A stretch of 64,000 nucleotides of DNA from Desulfomonilia bacterium (GTDB lineage Bacteria; Desulfobacterota; Desulfomonilia; UBA1062), in NCBI GenBank assembly GCA_963664325.2, contig CAXXDQ010000007.1, positions 608,001 through 672,000 of the forward strand, read 5' to 3'. The notes under the pieces were generated by a model. It was not told where the DNA came from. It saw nothing but the letters and a program-made list of their open reading frames with translations, and ran no database searches. A program made the position numbers and the translations under genes. Shown one piece after another: positions 10,311-19,248 of this stretch (position 1 is its first letter; the number at the start of each line of letters is the position of its first letter).

Positions 10311-12050
10311 ATGAAAAAAGTTAAGATGACACCCAGCGAAGCAATTGTCGAAACACTGCTGGCCGAAGGTGTGGATCATGTATGCGGCATTGTGGGATCA
10401 GCCTTTATGGACATGCTGGACCTTTTCCCTGCAGCTGGAATAAAATTCTATCCTGTACGCCATGAACAGAGCGCAGCACACATGGAAGACGCATATTCCC
10501 GTATCACCGGGCGTGCCGGCGTCGTTACCGGCCAGAATGGGCCAGGCATCACCAATATGGTTACATCGGTAGCTGCAGCGAATATGGGACATACACCCCT
10601 TGTAGTCATCTCTCCGTCAGCAGGAACGCCTACAATCGGCTGGGACGGATTCCAGGAATGCGACCAGCTATCAGTATTCAAGGCCATTACCAAGGCTACA
10701 GTCCGCGTACCTCATCCCAAAAGGGCCGCCGACTGTCTGAGGACGGCGTTCAGGATTGCATATGCCGAAAGAGGCCCGGTGCTTTATGACATCCCAAGGG
10801 ATTATTTCTACGGAGAACTTGAAGAGACCATTTTGAAGCCGTCACAGTACAGAGTGGATGCCCGCGGATGCGGCTCAATCGAAAGCTTGGACAAGGCTGC
10901 CCAGCTTCTTTCAAAGGCGAAGAATCCGGTCATCGTTTCAGGCCGCGGCGTGGTCGACTCCAACGGACTTGATGTAATCAAAGCGATCGCCGAGCATCTT
11001 ACTGCACCAGTTGCCGTCACCTATCTTCACAACGACGCATTCTACGGCAATCATCCGATGTTCCTTGGTTCGATAGGATATATGGGATCAAAGGCGGCCA
11101 TGAAGACGCTCTCCAAGGCCGACGTAGTGCTTGCAGTCGGAACGCGCCTTTCGGTTTTCGGGACCCTGCCCCAGTATGACATCAATTATTTCCCGGATGC
11201 GGCAAAAATAATCCAGATCGACATCAACCCGCGCCACATAGCACGCACCCATCCGATTGAAGTGGGCATAATAGGCGATGCTAAGGAGGCGAGCTCTGAA
11301 ATTCTCAAACGGCTGAAAGCTTTGAACAAGGGACGCAAACCTGACGTCAAAAGGCTTGCCGCAATCGCCAAGGAAAAAGACATATGGGAAAAGGAAATCG
11401 TCAAGCTGGCCATGGTGAAGGGAAACCCCATCAACCCGAGAAGGGTTCTGCTCGAGATATCAAAGGCGCTGCCCAAAGACTGTATAGTGACGACCGACAT
11501 CGGCAACGTTTCATCAACGGCCAACAGCTATCTTAAATTCAACGGCGGACGCCAGCATATTGCGGCTCTTACCTTCGGTAACACCGGGTTCGCTTACCCG
11601 GCTGCTCTTGGCGCACAGATCGCAAAACCGAAATCGCCGGTCATCGCCATCATCGGAGATGGTGCCTGGGGCATGAGCCTTCACGAGGTAAGCACTGCCG
11701 TGGAACACAACCTGCCTGTCGTCGCATGCGTGTTCAGGAACACGTGGTGGGGGGCTGAGGCGAAAAACCAGATCGATTTTTATAACAACCGTTTCATAGG
11801 GGTTGACATCCCCAATCCGGAGAGCTTCGCGCCTGTTGCACAGGCAATGGGAGCCCAGGGAGTGCGCGTTGAGCGCGCCGAAGACATTAAGGATGCATTC
11901 CTCTCATGCATCAAGAGCCGCAAGCCTACAGTCCTCGAGTTCGTTGTCGACGGCATGCAGCTCGCCCCTCCGTTCAGAAAGGACGCACTGGCCCTGCCGA
12001 CAAGGTTCCTCAAAAAGTACGACTATCTCGATTACAGAAACTGGGATTGA
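10311..12050 (+). CDS. xsc: Sulfoacetaldehyde acetyltransferase (ThDP-dependent)
   Basis: Xsc-type signatures [88 protein letters not shown]; recalled as closely matching anaerobe-type Xsc. Confidence 0.9.
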   Translation: MKKVKMTPSEAIVETLLAEGVDHVCGIVGSAFMDMLDLFPAAGIKFYPVRHEQSAAHMEDAYSRITGRAGVVTGQNGPGITNMVTSVAAANMGHTPLVVISPSAGTPTIGWDGFQECDQLSVFKAITKATVRVPHPKRAADCLRTAFRIAYAERGPVLYDIPRDYFYGELEETILKPSQYRVDARGCGSIESLDKAAQLLSKAKNPVIVSGRGVVDSNGLDVIKAIAEHLTAPVAVTYLHNDAFYGNHPMFLGSIGYMGSKAAMKTLSKADVVLAVGTRLSVFGTLPQYDINYFPDAAKIIQIDINPRHIARTHPIEVGIIGDAKEASSEILKRLKALNKGRKPDVKRLAAIAKEKDIWEKEIVKLAMVKGNPINPRRVLLEISKALPKDCIVTTDIGNVSSTANSYLKFNGGRQHIAALTFGNTGFAYPAALGAQIAKPKSPVIAIIGDGAWGMSLHEVSTAVEHNLPVVACVFRNTWWGAEAKNQIDFYNNRFIGVDIPNPESFAPVAQAMGAQGVRVERAEDIKDAFLSCIKSRKPTVLEFVVDGMQLAPPFRKDALALPTRFLKKYDYLDYRNWD

Positions 12051-12088
12051 TGATTCCAGCAGATATCTTAAACGGCCGGTTATAAGAT

Positions 12089-12123
12089 AAAAAGCCGCTT
12101 CCTGATACAGGAAGCGGCTTTTT
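12089..12123. terminator. Bidirectional intrinsic terminator
   Basis: Perfect inverted repeat aaaagccgcttcctg-ata-caggaagcggctttt between convergent xsc and GDPD genes. Confidence 0.85.
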
Positions 12124-12143
12124 CATATAGCAATGAAATTCTG

Positions 12144-14039
12144 TTATTCTTCCGTTACGCCTTTTAATATGCCTGGCTCGTCCGTCATTATGGCCTCGAC
12201 CTTCTTGTCATTGATGAGAGAGCGCATTGTTGCAGCGTCGTTTATTGTCCATGCATGGACCTTGAGCCCCAGATATCTGGCCTTTAGCATGAAAGGATCG
12301 TTTATGACGGTCACGTTGAGACCGCCGAGCGCAAACTCCAGCGGGACCTGCAGGACCTTTGCAGGCGGCTCGTATTTGCTGGCAAGCATCACGGAAAGCG
12401 GGGTCAGGAAGAAGCTGATGATCTCGGCCTGGCTGAATGATGTGATTACGTCAAGGCCTTTCAGCTCTATCTCATTTCTAACATCTGCAAGGGCAGCTGA
12501 ATCGAACGATTCGATGATGACATGATCCTTGATTCCGTGTGCATCTATCATATCGAGCAGCTTGTCCGACAGCCCCTCGTCGAGCTGCTTTATCTCGATT
12601 ACGCCAGGCGAATTCATAAGCGCAGGTTCATTGAGCACCTCTTCGAGGGTCGGTATCTGTATCCCATGTCCGCGGTAAGGGTATGACGCGCCACCGTCGG
12701 TTGTGAACCGGTAACCCGCATCCAGCTCCTTGACCTCGGCAAGCGTCATGTCATTAATGCTTCCCGTTCCGTCAGTACACCTGTCCACAGTCGTATCGTG
12801 TGAAACGACTATGTATCCGTCTTTGGTAAGCTGAAGGTCGAGTTCGTAACCGTCAGCGCCTTCGGCTATGCCGTTACGGAATGCCTCAAGCGTGTTTTCA
12901 GGCCTCAGGTCCGACCCGCCCCTGTGTGCGATGTTGAGGAACCCTGTGTCATTGCGCAGATATGTGTTGGTGACCGTGTCGCCTGAAGCTATGTCAGCCA
13001 TAACCTGCGACCAGTCCCAGGCAATGCTGTCGGGAGTGATGAAGTCGAATCCCTGTGTGTCAAGATCTTTCATCGGATTCAGGAAATAATTGACCTTGAA
13101 CGGGATGTAGAAAATCCTGTTCGCAATGGCGCCGTAGCCGTCTTCATGCGGTGTATCGCCCACCATAGCCAGGACCTTGCCGTCACCGTAAAGTTTCTTT
13201 ATTGTGCCTAGAGCGGCAGCCTTATATTCGTTGGTTTCAGCATAAGGAAGATCACTTTTTACAATGATGGGAATTGTCCTCAGGGTGCCCGCCTCGAAGT
13301 GATTTATCATCTGCTGCCTGCACAGCGCCCTGGTTTCGAGCGGCATGCCCGTGACAATAATGAAGTCTTTGCCTTCATCGCGAAGCTTTTTTACAGAAGG
13401 TACGACATACTCGTCAACAAGCGGCCAGTCGCCCTTGGTGAAGTTGAGGAAGTTTATGACATCGGTGATGCTGTTAAGCCCGCCGGTCGCGTGCAGGGTG
13501 TTATCATGATCCGAGACGACAATCTGCGGATTGGGCCTCGGGATACTGTCGAGATTCAATTCCACGCATAAAGAATTCTGGCTTCCCAGAACCCTGACAA
13601 GCCCCATGGTGTCAGAAACCGTTTTCCCGCCGGAGAACAGCACGTCAGCCCTGAGCTGGAGGTCAAGAGGCGCAGAGCAGAGAGCAAACCCCGTCAGCCA
13701 TTTTCTCAGGCCGTCAAGGGAGGCCTTTCCTTTGCTGTCTGTTATGACCGGCGCATCACCCAGTTGTATCCAGGCATCATCACCCGAACCGACAGGCCGG
13801 GCATAAAACTGAACCTGCATGCCGCTCAGTTTCTTGCCAAGGATAAACTTGAAGAAGGACTGCTTGTCCTTTTGTTCGATCTGATAGACCGTGGCATTGG
13901 GTGCGATTTCCGGTTCAGTGCTGTCACCGTTGCTGGTGATGCCGTCCGATACTACAATCTCTGTATTCTCAGGCGTCGGCAGACATCCCGAAATAATAAT
14001 GATGATTGTTAGAGACAGATAGATAAACAGTTTCTTCAT
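12144..14039 (-). CDS. Lipoprotein with HAD-like phosphatase domain fused to a glycerophosphodiester phosphodiesterase (GDPD) domain
   Basis: Lipobox IIISGC; HAD motifs SDHDNTL, IVTG, MVGD; C-terminal GDPD motifs IAHRG, PENTLEAF, ELDLQLTKDG, SHD, IPTLEE, AWTIN, MTD. Confidence 0.8.
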   Translation of the reverse strand: MKKLFIYLSLTIIIIISGCLPTPENTEIVVSDGITSNGDSTEPEIAPNATVYQIEQKDKQSFFKFILGKKLSGMQVQFYARPVGSGDDAWIQLGDAPVITDSKGKASLDGLRKWLTGFALCSAPLDLQLRADVLFSGGKTVSDTMGLVRVLGSQNSLCVELNLDSIPRPNPQIVVSDHDNTLHATGGLNSITDVINFLNFTKGDWPLVDEYVVPSVKKLRDEGKDFIIVTGMPLETRALCRQQMINHFEAGTLRTIPIIVKSDLPYAETNEYKAAALGTIKKLYGDGKVLAMVGDTPHEDGYGAIANRIFYIPFKVNYFLNPMKDLDTQGFDFITPDSIAWDWSQVMADIASGDTVTNTYLRNDTGFLNIAHRGGSDLRPENTLEAFRNGIAEGADGYELDLQLTKDGYIVVSHDTTVDRCTDGTGSINDMTLAEVKELDAGYRFTTDGGASYPYRGHGIQIPTLEEVLNEPALMNSPGVIEIKQLDEGLSDKLLDMIDAHGIKDHVIIESFDSAALADVRNEIELKGLDVITSFSQAEIISFFLTPLSVMLASKYEPPAKVLQVPLEFALGGLNVTVINDPFMLKARYLGLKVHAWTINDAATMRSLINDKKVEAIMTDEPGILKGVTEE

Positions 14040-14074
14040 AAACCCTCCTCAAATATAAAGTTTTACAGAAATGC

Positions 14075-14090
14075 TGCAAATTAAATACCA
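14075..14090 (-). promoter_or_regulatory. Putative sigma-54 (-24/-12) promoter of the HAD-GDPD gene
   Basis: Minus strand TGGTATTTAATTTGCA = GG-N10-GC, about 35 nt upstream of the ATG at 14039, in an AT-rich intergenic region. Confidence 0.6.
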
Positions 14091-14260
14091 TATATCTTGG
14101 CTTTTTTACAGCAATTTTTCATATATGAATTAATATCATGTTAAGAAGGTTTTATAAAAATCCATCGGGTTAATCATCGATCTTTAAAAATCTCAGAAAT
14201 GGCGAGATTTCAACCATGCTCAGAATATGGCCAAGCCCGGCCAATTCTCTGGATTATGTT

Positions 14261-15619
14261 TTATTCAACTTCGGCGTCTGCAACGAGCAGCGCCTTGTCA
14301 AATACCTCCACTGCAAAGTCGATTTCGTCCTTTGTAATGGTAAGGGGCGGCGCGAACATGATCACGCTTGCCACACCGGGCAGGCAGTAGACGCCGTTTT
14401 TCATCGCCTCGGCAAGCACCTTCATCTTGGCAGTAAGAGGTCTCGGCCCTTCGAACAGCATTTCATGCATCGGTTCTTTGGTTCTCCTGTTCTTGACAAG
14501 TTCAAGTCCGACAAAAAGCCCTTTGCCGCGGACGTCGCCGACACACGGATGTTTATCCATAAGTTCAAGCGCCTTTTCCATCAGGTATTCGCCCATTTTT
14601 GCGGCACGCTCTATCAGTCTGTCCTCCTTATAAGCCTCAATGGTTGCAACACCCGCTGCCATGGCAAGGGCATGGCCGCTGTACGTATGTCCGTGTACAT
14701 ATGGAACTTCTTCAAAAATTTTTGAATATTTTTCACTTACGCTTGTCGCACCCAGCGGTACATAACCTGATGTTATGCCTTTTGCCATGGTTATGACATC
14801 GGGAACCACATTCCAGTGCTCAATTGCAAACCATCTGCCGGTACGGCCGAAACCGACCATTACTTCATCCACCATCATTAGCATTTCATATTTGTCGCAG
14901 ATTTCACGTATCTTCTGCCAGTACCCGTCGGGCGGTACGATTATCCCGTTTGCCCCGACCACCGGTTCCGCGATAAAAGCTGCAATCCTTTTGGCGCCGC
15001 CCTCGAACCTGATGACATCCTCGACATGTTTTGCGCACTGCAGGTCGCAACCCGGATAGGTGATTCCAAAAGGACAGCGGTAACAGTAAGGGTCAAGACA
15101 GTGGACAACCCCGGGAATGGCAGGTTCGGTCGACCAGTTCCTGAAATCGTTTGTCAGCGCCATGGCCCCGTAAGTGGAACCGTGATAGCTCCTGAACCGG
15201 GCAATTATCTTCTGCTTGCCTGTTGCAAACCTGGCAACCTTTATGGCACCTTCATTCGCCTCGGCCCCGCTTGTTGAAAAAAAGGTCTTTTTAATGTCGC
15301 CGGGCGTCACCTCCGCAATCAGCCTTGCAAGTCTGGCCTTCGGCTCTGTGGCAAAAGAAGACGAGCACGCGGGCAGCCTTTCCGCCTGAGCCGAAATGGC
15401 CTTTACCACTCGGGGATCGGCATGTCCCAGATTGCTGAATACGAACATGGAGCTGAAATCCAGGTATTTTTTATCCGACGAATCCCAGAAATAATTACCG
15501 GATGCCCTGTCCACAATAACCGGGGTTACAGCCTTCTGGGCGACCCATGGATAAAGGACGTTCTCTTTTTCATATTTTCTTATGGCATCCGCATCAAGTC
15601 TTTCTTTAAATTCTGCCAT
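14261..15619 (-). CDS. Class III PLP aminotransferase, resembling the taurine:2-oxoglutarate transaminase (Toa) subfamily
   Basis: YPWVAQ, YLDFSS, SGAEANE, RSYHG, DEVMVGFGRTG, PDVITMAKG (PLP Lys), HTYSGH; the W.AQ / YLDFSS / RSYHG / TYSGH pattern is recalled from Toa-like enzymes. Confidence 0.7.
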   Translation of the reverse strand: MAEFKERLDADAIRKYEKENVLYPWVAQKAVTPVIVDRASGNYFWDSSDKKYLDFSSMFVFSNLGHADPRVVKAISAQAERLPACSSSFATEPKARLARLIAEVTPGDIKKTFFSTSGAEANEGAIKVARFATGKQKIIARFRSYHGSTYGAMALTNDFRNWSTEPAIPGVVHCLDPYCYRCPFGITYPGCDLQCAKHVEDVIRFEGGAKRIAAFIAEPVVGANGIIVPPDGYWQKIREICDKYEMLMMVDEVMVGFGRTGRWFAIEHWNVVPDVITMAKGITSGYVPLGATSVSEKYSKIFEEVPYVHGHTYSGHALAMAAGVATIEAYKEDRLIERAAKMGEYLMEKALELMDKHPCVGDVRGKGLFVGLELVKNRRTKEPMHEMLFEGPRPLTAKMKVLAEAMKNGVYCLPGVASVIMFAPPLTITKDEIDFAVEVFDKALLVADAEVE

Positions 15620-15625
15620 GAAATT

Positions 15626-17053
15626 CTAACTCCTTTTGATTCTTCTAATTATTTTAAGTACGACCGGTGTAGCCTTATCGATCAATGTCTGCTTTGAAGG
15701 ATCACTTTCAAGAGACGGCATCTTGCACTCAGGCCCATAGAGACCGAGCATCATTTTCATGACCTCGTTTTTGATAAGCTTCCTGAAAGGGATATTCGCT
15801 ATCATTCCATACATGGCCGCATTGCCCTTTACCGCCAGTTCGGGATGCGCCCTTACATGCTTCACTGCATCCGCAAGATCCTTCAGATAGACATCCGTTA
15901 TAGTTGAATGCCTCGGCGTAACCATGCAGTGAAGCGCGTTGGGATTCTGCAGCCTGTCGATAAGCCAGCCCTTTTCCTCCAGCATATCGCCCACGGCAAA
16001 TATATCCAAGTCCCTGTCAGTCGAGGTATAAGCAAAGACGCTCATCGCAGGCTTCCCGAGGACCTTGAGCCCGGGGATTGCCTCAACGCCTTTTTTAAGC
16101 TTAACAGTCGTTTCCATAATTGTTGCTGCTATAGCCTTATAGCCGTCAATTCCAAGCGCATTCATAGCCGCCCAGGCAGCTGCAATCGCTCCGCCGGGAC
16201 GCGTGCCGAGCATTGCAGGTGATGCAAACACCCCGCCCGGCCAGTCCGCGAATATGAAAAACTGGTGTTTCATATAGTTCATATCTTTATAAAGCAGTAC
16301 CGATGAGCCTTTTGCGCTGAAACCATACTTGTGGGAATCAGCCGATATCGAGGTTACACCCGGGACCCTGAAATCAAAAGGGTCGACATGCAGACCATTC
16401 ATTTCGATGAACGGAAGGAGGAACCCTCCCAGACAGGAGTCCACATGAAGAGGTATGTCATGTCTGAGAGCAATCTCTCCGAGTTCGTATATGGGATCAA
16501 TCACGCCATGGGGATATGAAGGCGCAGAACTCACGATCATGATTGTATTTCTGTTAATAAGCCTTTCCACCGCTTTTGCATCAACCCTCAGGTCTTTCCC
16601 CAGCGGGGCATGCACCATCTTGATACCGAAATATTTCGCAGCCTTTTCCCATGCGACGTGTATTGACACAGGCGCAATCATCTCAGGCCTGAACGGCAGG
16701 TAACGTTTTGATTTTGCATATTCACGGTATGTAACTACCGGGAGCAGGCAGCTCTCGGTGCCGCCCGAAGTCATGGTGCCGACAACCTTTTCATCACCGT
16801 TCAGAAGATTGGCCGCCATCTTGACAACCTCGGTTTCCATGCGCTTGAGGCTTTTGAATGCAATCGGATTGAGGGCGTTTTCGCTGAAATACATGCCATA
16901 GGCCTGCTTGAGAAAATCCGTATGTTCGTCACTCAGGTAGTAAACCAGGCTCCAGGTTTTGTTTTCGCGGAAGTTTGCATCTTCACCACTGAATCCCTTG
17001 AGCATTTCAAGAACCTTAGGCCTCTCGATGCCATGCTGCGGAATCCTGTCCAT
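15626..17053 (-). CDS. Sphingosine-1-phosphate lyase-like PLP enzyme (group II decarboxylase fold)
   Basis: WSLVY, MTSGGTES, HVAWEKAA, SAPSYPHGVIDP, LHVDSCLGGF, FDFRVPGVTSISADSHKYG, WPGG, GTRPGG. Confidence 0.85.
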   Translation of the reverse strand: MDRIPQHGIERPKVLEMLKGFSGEDANFRENKTWSLVYYLSDEHTDFLKQAYGMYFSENALNPIAFKSLKRMETEVVKMAANLLNGDEKVVGTMTSGGTESCLLPVVTYREYAKSKRYLPFRPEMIAPVSIHVAWEKAAKYFGIKMVHAPLGKDLRVDAKAVERLINRNTIMIVSSAPSYPHGVIDPIYELGEIALRHDIPLHVDSCLGGFLLPFIEMNGLHVDPFDFRVPGVTSISADSHKYGFSAKGSSVLLYKDMNYMKHQFFIFADWPGGVFASPAMLGTRPGGAIAAAWAAMNALGIDGYKAIAATIMETTVKLKKGVEAIPGLKVLGKPAMSVFAYTSTDRDLDIFAVGDMLEEKGWLIDRLQNPNALHCMVTPRHSTITDVYLKDLADAVKHVRAHPELAVKGNAAMYGMIANIPFRKLIKNEVMKMMLGLYGPECKMPSLESDPSKQTLIDKATPVVLKIIRRIKRS

Positions 17054-17178
17054 ATCATCCCCCTAATGCCTAACCGGCCGATTTTATATGGTTTCAAAAA
17101 GGTGTTTTTGTTTAATCATACGGCTCAGCCTTTGTCCATAGTTTAATCTCGATATAATCCCGCAATTTGTGTTTATAA

Positions 17179-17192
17179 TTGATTCAAGTCAA
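17179..17192 (+). promoter_or_regulatory. Crp/Fnr-family (FNR/HcpR/Dnr-type) binding site
   Basis: TTGAT-TCAA-GTCAA, one mismatch to TTGAT-N4-ATCAA; TATATT -10-like hexamer at 17215-17220 gives class II activator spacing. Confidence 0.55.
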
Positions 17193-17248
17193 ATATTTTT
17201 TCCGGTTGATGCACTATATTTTTTATAAACAATAAAAGGAGGCTCGGC

Positions 17249-17989
17249 ATGAAACACACAAGAAAGATTATCACTATCGACGAGGAAAAGTGTAACGGCT
17301 GCGGCCAGTGCTGCCTGGCATGCGCAGAAGGCGCTCTCAGGCTTGTCGACGGCAAAGCGAAACTCGTGGGTGATATATTTTGCGACGGACTTGGCGCATG
17401 CATCGGCGAATGTCCGGAAGGGGCATTAAAGATTATCAACAGGCCCGCTGATGACTTTGATGAAAAATCCGTCAGGCAGATGCAGAATATAAAAGCCGAA
17501 GATAAAAAACCCGAGGCTTTAGCCTGTGGGTGTCCATCGTCGGCCATGATGGAACTGAAGAAGACCCCGTGCCGTGAAGACATTGAGCCTGCAGGGGCAG
17601 CGGCCAGCCGGCTCGGGCACTGGCCGGTAAAACTCCAGCTCCTGGGCCCGCAGGCGCCGTTCTTGAAAAATAGCGACCTGGTGCTGCTGGCCGACTGCGT
17701 TGCAGTTGCATATCCATACCTGCACGGAAAGATACTGAAAGACCGCACCATTGCGATAGGCTGCCCCAAACTTGACAATATAGAAGCACACGTTGACAGA
17801 CTTGCACAGATTCTTAAAGGGGCCCGCCCGAAAAGCCTGACAGTAGTTCATATGGAAGTCCCGTGCTGCAGCGGGTTCCTCCATGCAGCAATCGAGGCCA
17901 TTGAGCGTTCCGGCGTGAAGATTCCCCTTAGGAAGATTATTATCAGCCGAAGTGGTGAAATACTGGCAGATGAAGAGCTCGCTCTTTAA
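17249..17989 (+). CDS. 4Fe-4S dicluster domain protein
   Basis: CNGCGQCCLAC, CDGLGACIGECP, CGCP, WPVKL, ADC, GCPKLD, MEVPCC. Confidence 0.85.
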   Translation: MKHTRKIITIDEEKCNGCGQCCLACAEGALRLVDGKAKLVGDIFCDGLGACIGECPEGALKIINRPADDFDEKSVRQMQNIKAEDKKPEALACGCPSSAMMELKKTPCREDIEPAGAAASRLGHWPVKLQLLGPQAPFLKNSDLVLLADCVAVAYPYLHGKILKDRTIAIGCPKLDNIEAHVDRLAQILKGARPKSLTVVHMEVPCCSGFLHAAIEAIERSGVKIPLRKIIISRSGEILADEELAL

Positions 17990-18160
17990 ACGGCCGCACA
18001 AGCCATAAAAAACTATCTTTCCTTCCGGGTATCAATTTCCCGGGCATAATCGCAGTTTAATGAGTCAATCATTGAATGTTTTCCAGCATTGCAGGAGAAC
18101 TATCAGGCAGGGGATTTTGGTGCAACAAAAAGCTAAGGATGCTATAAATGATGTACGATA

Positions 18161-18724
18161 ATGATTAATACAGATATGCCTTTTAATGACAGGGAGAATA
18201 TAGTGAAGGCAAAAACAATATTGATGCTGACAAGATGGTTCGTACCGTTCAGCATTACCATGCACAACATCGAAGAGGCCTTTACCCTTGACCCGTTCCT
18301 CCCTGTCATAAAAGAACGTCTTTCAAAATACGGCCACAAAGATATTGTCCCATCCTGGCCCCAGTACAGACTGGCCCTGATAACAGTCACCCTCATTCCC
18401 TTAGTTGTGGCCATCCTTCCGCTAAAGGCCGCAAGACGCCTTACCGTCATGCTCGTTGCCTCAACTACCATGCTCATAAATGTAATACCGCACCTTGCCG
18501 GTTTAATTATTTTCAAGCGGTATGTCCCTGGCCTGGCAAGTTCATTGCTTATCAATCTGCCTTCATCCATACTGTCAATCTTTCTTGCGTTCAGATCAGG
18601 TTTCTTGAATACAAGAAAAATGGCTGTCATCGCTGCTTTTGCAGCAATGCTGCATGGTCCAGGACTTTTATCGCTAATGGCCGCCTCAGGATTTTTAACC
18701 GGAAGATCTGAAACGGGGGAATAA
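18161..18724 (+). CDS. HXXEE-domain membrane protein
   Basis: HNIEE motif, N..PH, YVPGL, hydrophobic helices. Confidence 0.7.
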   Translation: MINTDMPFNDRENIVKAKTILMLTRWFVPFSITMHNIEEAFTLDPFLPVIKERLSKYGHKDIVPSWPQYRLALITVTLIPLVVAILPLKAARRLTVMLVASTTMLINVIPHLAGLIIFKRYVPGLASSLLINLPSSILSIFLAFRSGFLNTRKMAVIAAFAAMLHGPGLLSLMAASGFLTGRSETGE

Positions 18725-19191
18725 TGGGAACAGAGATTGAACGCAAATTTCTTGTCAACGATATGACATGGAAACCTTCACGGAAAAGCCTTGATGTTAT
18801 CCAGGGCTATTTCCCGACCAACGGTTTTTCATTAAGGGTAAGAGTCCAGGACGACCGTGCCTTTCTGACTTTAAAAAAGAGCAAGTCGCAAATTTCCAGG
18901 CATGAATTCGAGTATGAGATACCTGCCGATGATGCCAGGGAGTTAATCGGGCTTTTCTGCGGAAGTGAAGTGATCGAGAAAACACGCCATCTAGTCGAAT
19001 ATAAAGGTTTCACATGGGAAGTGGACGAATTTCACGGCAGGAACGCCGGACTTGTCGTAGCAGAGCTCGAACTTGAAAATGAAGACCAGCCGTTTGAAAA
19101 ACCGTCATGGATAGGCGCAGAGGTTTCGCAGGATTCGAGATATCTCAATGCAAATCTGGCCAGGTGTCCATACAGCACATGGAAGAAATGA
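18724..19191 (+). CDS. CYTH-domain (triphosphate tunnel metalloenzyme) protein
   Basis: EIERKFLV, QGY, RVR, EFEYEIP, EKTR, WEVDEF, AELEL. Confidence 0.9.
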   Translation: MGTEIERKFLVNDMTWKPSRKSLDVIQGYFPTNGFSLRVRVQDDRAFLTLKKSKSQISRHEFEYEIPADDARELIGLFCGSEVIEKTRHLVEYKGFTWEVDEFHGRNAGLVVAELELENEDQPFEKPSWIGAEVSQDSRYLNANLARCPYSTWKK

Positions 19192-19248
19192 TTATTGACA
19201 ATAGCGCATTATGGTTGTCTTATATGCAACCAATACCAGGAGGTGATT

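Noticed and set aside
10311-12050. Acetolactate synthase large subunit
   Set aside because: No ilvH/ilvC nearby, and Xsc-specific motifs (GSAFMD, GQNGPG, FYNNRF, PFRKDAL) are present.
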